NCBI GenBank assembly: GCA_963828525.1
Contig: CAWHEP010000002.1
Location: 224,001 to 288,000 of the forward strand
Length of the DNA: 64,000 nucleotides
From: an uncultured Verrucomicrobiae bacterium
Lineage (GTDB): Bacteria > Verrucomicrobiota > Verrucomicrobiia > Chthoniobacterales > Chthoniobacteraceae
Direction: 5' to 3'
The position numbers and the translations under genes are program-made. This document shows positions 62,045 through 64,000 of this stretch, one piece after another. The notes under the pieces were generated by a model. The model was not told the DNA's origin, did no database searches, and saw only the letters and a program-made list of their open reading frames with translations. Position 1 is the first letter of the stretch. Each line of letters opens with the position of its first letter.

Positions 62045-62434
62045 ATGGACTCAAAGACTAAATGGTTGGCTGCGGAAATCCTCCTGGCTTGCGCGGTAAC
62101 CGTGTCGGCGCAGATGAGCCTCAATATGAAGATGGATACCGCGGAGCCATCGGCAACGGGCTTCATGCGGAACATGGACGTCGCGATGAAGAAAATGGAT
62201 CACGACATGGCGGCGGCGCCCATGAATGGCAATGCCGATCATGACTTCGTCACGATGATGATTCCCCATCACAAGGGGGCGATCGACATGGCGGAAGGAG
62301 AGCTTAAATACGGGAAAGACCAGGCTATGCGCCGTCTCGCGCAGGAAATCATTGCGGATCAGAAGTCCGAGATCGACCTGATGAATCTTTGGTTGAAAAA
62401 GCGGGCGGCTCCGTCGGCAGCCGGGAAACAATAA
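62045..62434 (+). CDS. DUF305 (CopM-like) Met-rich exported protein
   Basis: Signal peptide; D.DF..MMIPHHKGAIDMA; LAQEII..Q..EI..M. Confidence 0.88.
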   Translation: MDSKTKWLAAEILLACAVTVSAQMSLNMKMDTAEPSATGFMRNMDVAMKKMDHDMAAAPMNGNADHDFVTMMIPHHKGAIDMAEGELKYGKDQAMRRLAQEIIADQKSEIDLMNLWLKKRAAPSAAGKQ

Positions 62435-63845
62435 TGTTTATGAAGGCCCGCTTCGCCGCGCTCCTGGCGGCGCTCACAACTCTTACCGCCCGCGCTGGAA
62501 CCGGAGATCGCGTTTACACGGCGGAACAAACGTCGAATACCGTCTCGGTGATCGATCCCTCAACCAACAAGTATCTGGGATCGATTCATCTCGGCGAGGA
62601 TGTGCCCGTCGCCGTCAGCCCTCTCTATCGTGGCGAGCTGCTGGTGCATGGCCTGGGATTCTCCCCCGATCATAAGACCCTCGCCGCCATTTCCATTGGC
62701 TCCAATTCGGTCACCTTGATCGACACAGAGGCGAATACCGTCAAAGGCAGGATTCTACGTGGGGCGGTCACCGCACGAGGGGTTCTTCACCCCCGGCGGC
62801 AAGGAGCTGTGGGTCGCCGTGCGTGGCGAAGATTATGTGAGTGTGATTGATCCGGTTCGACAAAAGGAAGTCCGCCGCGTCAAAACCGCGAATGGCCCCG
62901 GCATGGTTCTCTTCCGACCCGACGGCAAGTATGCCTTCGTCCCTTCCAGCTTCACGCCAGAGATGGATGTCATCGATATGGCAACGTATGAGGTTATCGC
63001 CCGTGTGCCGCAGGCAAGCCCCTTCTCGCCGAACCTCGCTGTCGATCAGGACGAAGTCTGGTTCACGCTAAAGGATTCCGGCAAGACTCAGGTCGCCAGC
63101 GCGAAGGAGCCTTTCCGCGTCCTCACCACTCTTGATACTGGACCCATCACCAATCACGTCACCTTCGTCGATAACGCGGCAGGTCACTTCGCCTATATCT
63201 CCGTCGGGGGAAAGGATGAAGTCCTCGTCTATACCCGCGATGTCGGAGCCGCGACTAAACTGGTCGCCACGATCAAAACCGGCGATCTTCCCCCACGGTA
63301 TCTGGGGATCGGATGATGGACGCCGTGTCTACGTGGGTTTGGAAAATGGCGATGCGGTTCAGGTCATCGACACCGCCACAAATCTGATCACCGCCGCCAT
63401 CCCTGTTGGACAATTGCCGCAGGCTCTTGTCTATGTGCCGGGCGCCACCACGGATGACAAAGGCACGGCTAATCTCAAGCCCTTCGGCCCAGCAAACTCG
63501 GCGCTCCATGTTGAATTGAAGCCTCCAGCCAATGCTCATTCATCTGCTCGTGCCAGTGTGGCTATCAATTCCCTGGGCCTGATCGACAACCTGCAAATTG
63601 CTGCGACAGGCCTCGAACCGGGAAAGAAATACCGGCTCACTTTGGTCGGTGGCTTGGGAACTCAAGGATTGTCTGTCTTCACCGCTGGCATAGGCGGAGC
63701 CGCGATCGCGCAAAGTTTTGGCCCCTTGAAACAAATCGCCAAGCCATCAACGAAATCACCTGCCTTGAAGCTTGAGGTTAGATCGGAAGACTCGGGTGAA
63801 CTCGTCCTTCAGCAATCCGGCGCCCCGCCAATCATAACACCGTAA
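62434..63845 (+). CDS. Secreted YVTN/YncE beta-propeller protein (frameshifts near 62755 and 63290)
   Basis: DRVYTAEQTSNTVSVIDP, VHGLGFSPD, GRSPHEGFF, GPGMVLF, PHGIWGS across three frames. Confidence 0.82.
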
Positions 63846-63861
63846 CCGTGCGCTACTCATC

Positions 63862-64000
63862 ATGCAAAACTCCCTCGGCGTCGCCTCCATTCCCAGTCCC
63901 GAGTCCGTAGAAGAGACAATCTCCAGGCTCAAGGCCGTCATTGAAAGCAAAGGCCTGGCGCTTTTCGCGCACATCGATCATGGCGCGGGAGCCGAGCAGG
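63862..64000 (+). CDS. DUF302 domain protein, N-terminal part (runs off window)
   Basis: SPESVEETISRLKAVIESKGLALFAHIDH.AGA. Confidence 0.8.
   Translation, partial: MQNSLGVASIPSPESVEETISRLKAVIESKGLALFAHIDHGAGAEQ

Overview
High-GC bacterial chromosomal window; gene content and style suggest a soil Verrucomicrobiota (Chthoniobacterales-like) genome, which is inference only. The left half (1-29.4 kb) is mostly housekeeping: partial AAA ATPase, 3D-domain lipoprotein, galE, bioB, TPR/coiled-coil protein, HNH nuclease, PBP2, a GlnA4-like gamma-glutamylation operon, prfC, lutABC, rfbA and an rmlC-like gene. It also holds a ~3 kb two-gene insert bracketed by a duplicated bioB 3' end, and a 274-bp MITE. 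After tRNA-Gly(GCC) at 29354 the window is a stress/metal-resistance accessory region: sirtuin, GNAT, a tandem-domain Hsp20 that appears exported plus YfdX, chrA, an ars operon bracketed by covarying hairpin repeats, GH106/GH2, an ECF-sigma/anti-sigma/sensor/Cys-rich-ORF CusCBA-type efflux locus, a lectin-repeat protein, hicBA, and a CGNR-zinc-finger regulator with twin GTAAC-N21-GTTAC boxes facing a redox/detox operon. About a dozen genes carry single-base frameshifts, most simply explained as sequencing/assembly indels. No CRISPR array, integrase, transposase or reverse transcriptase was seen.
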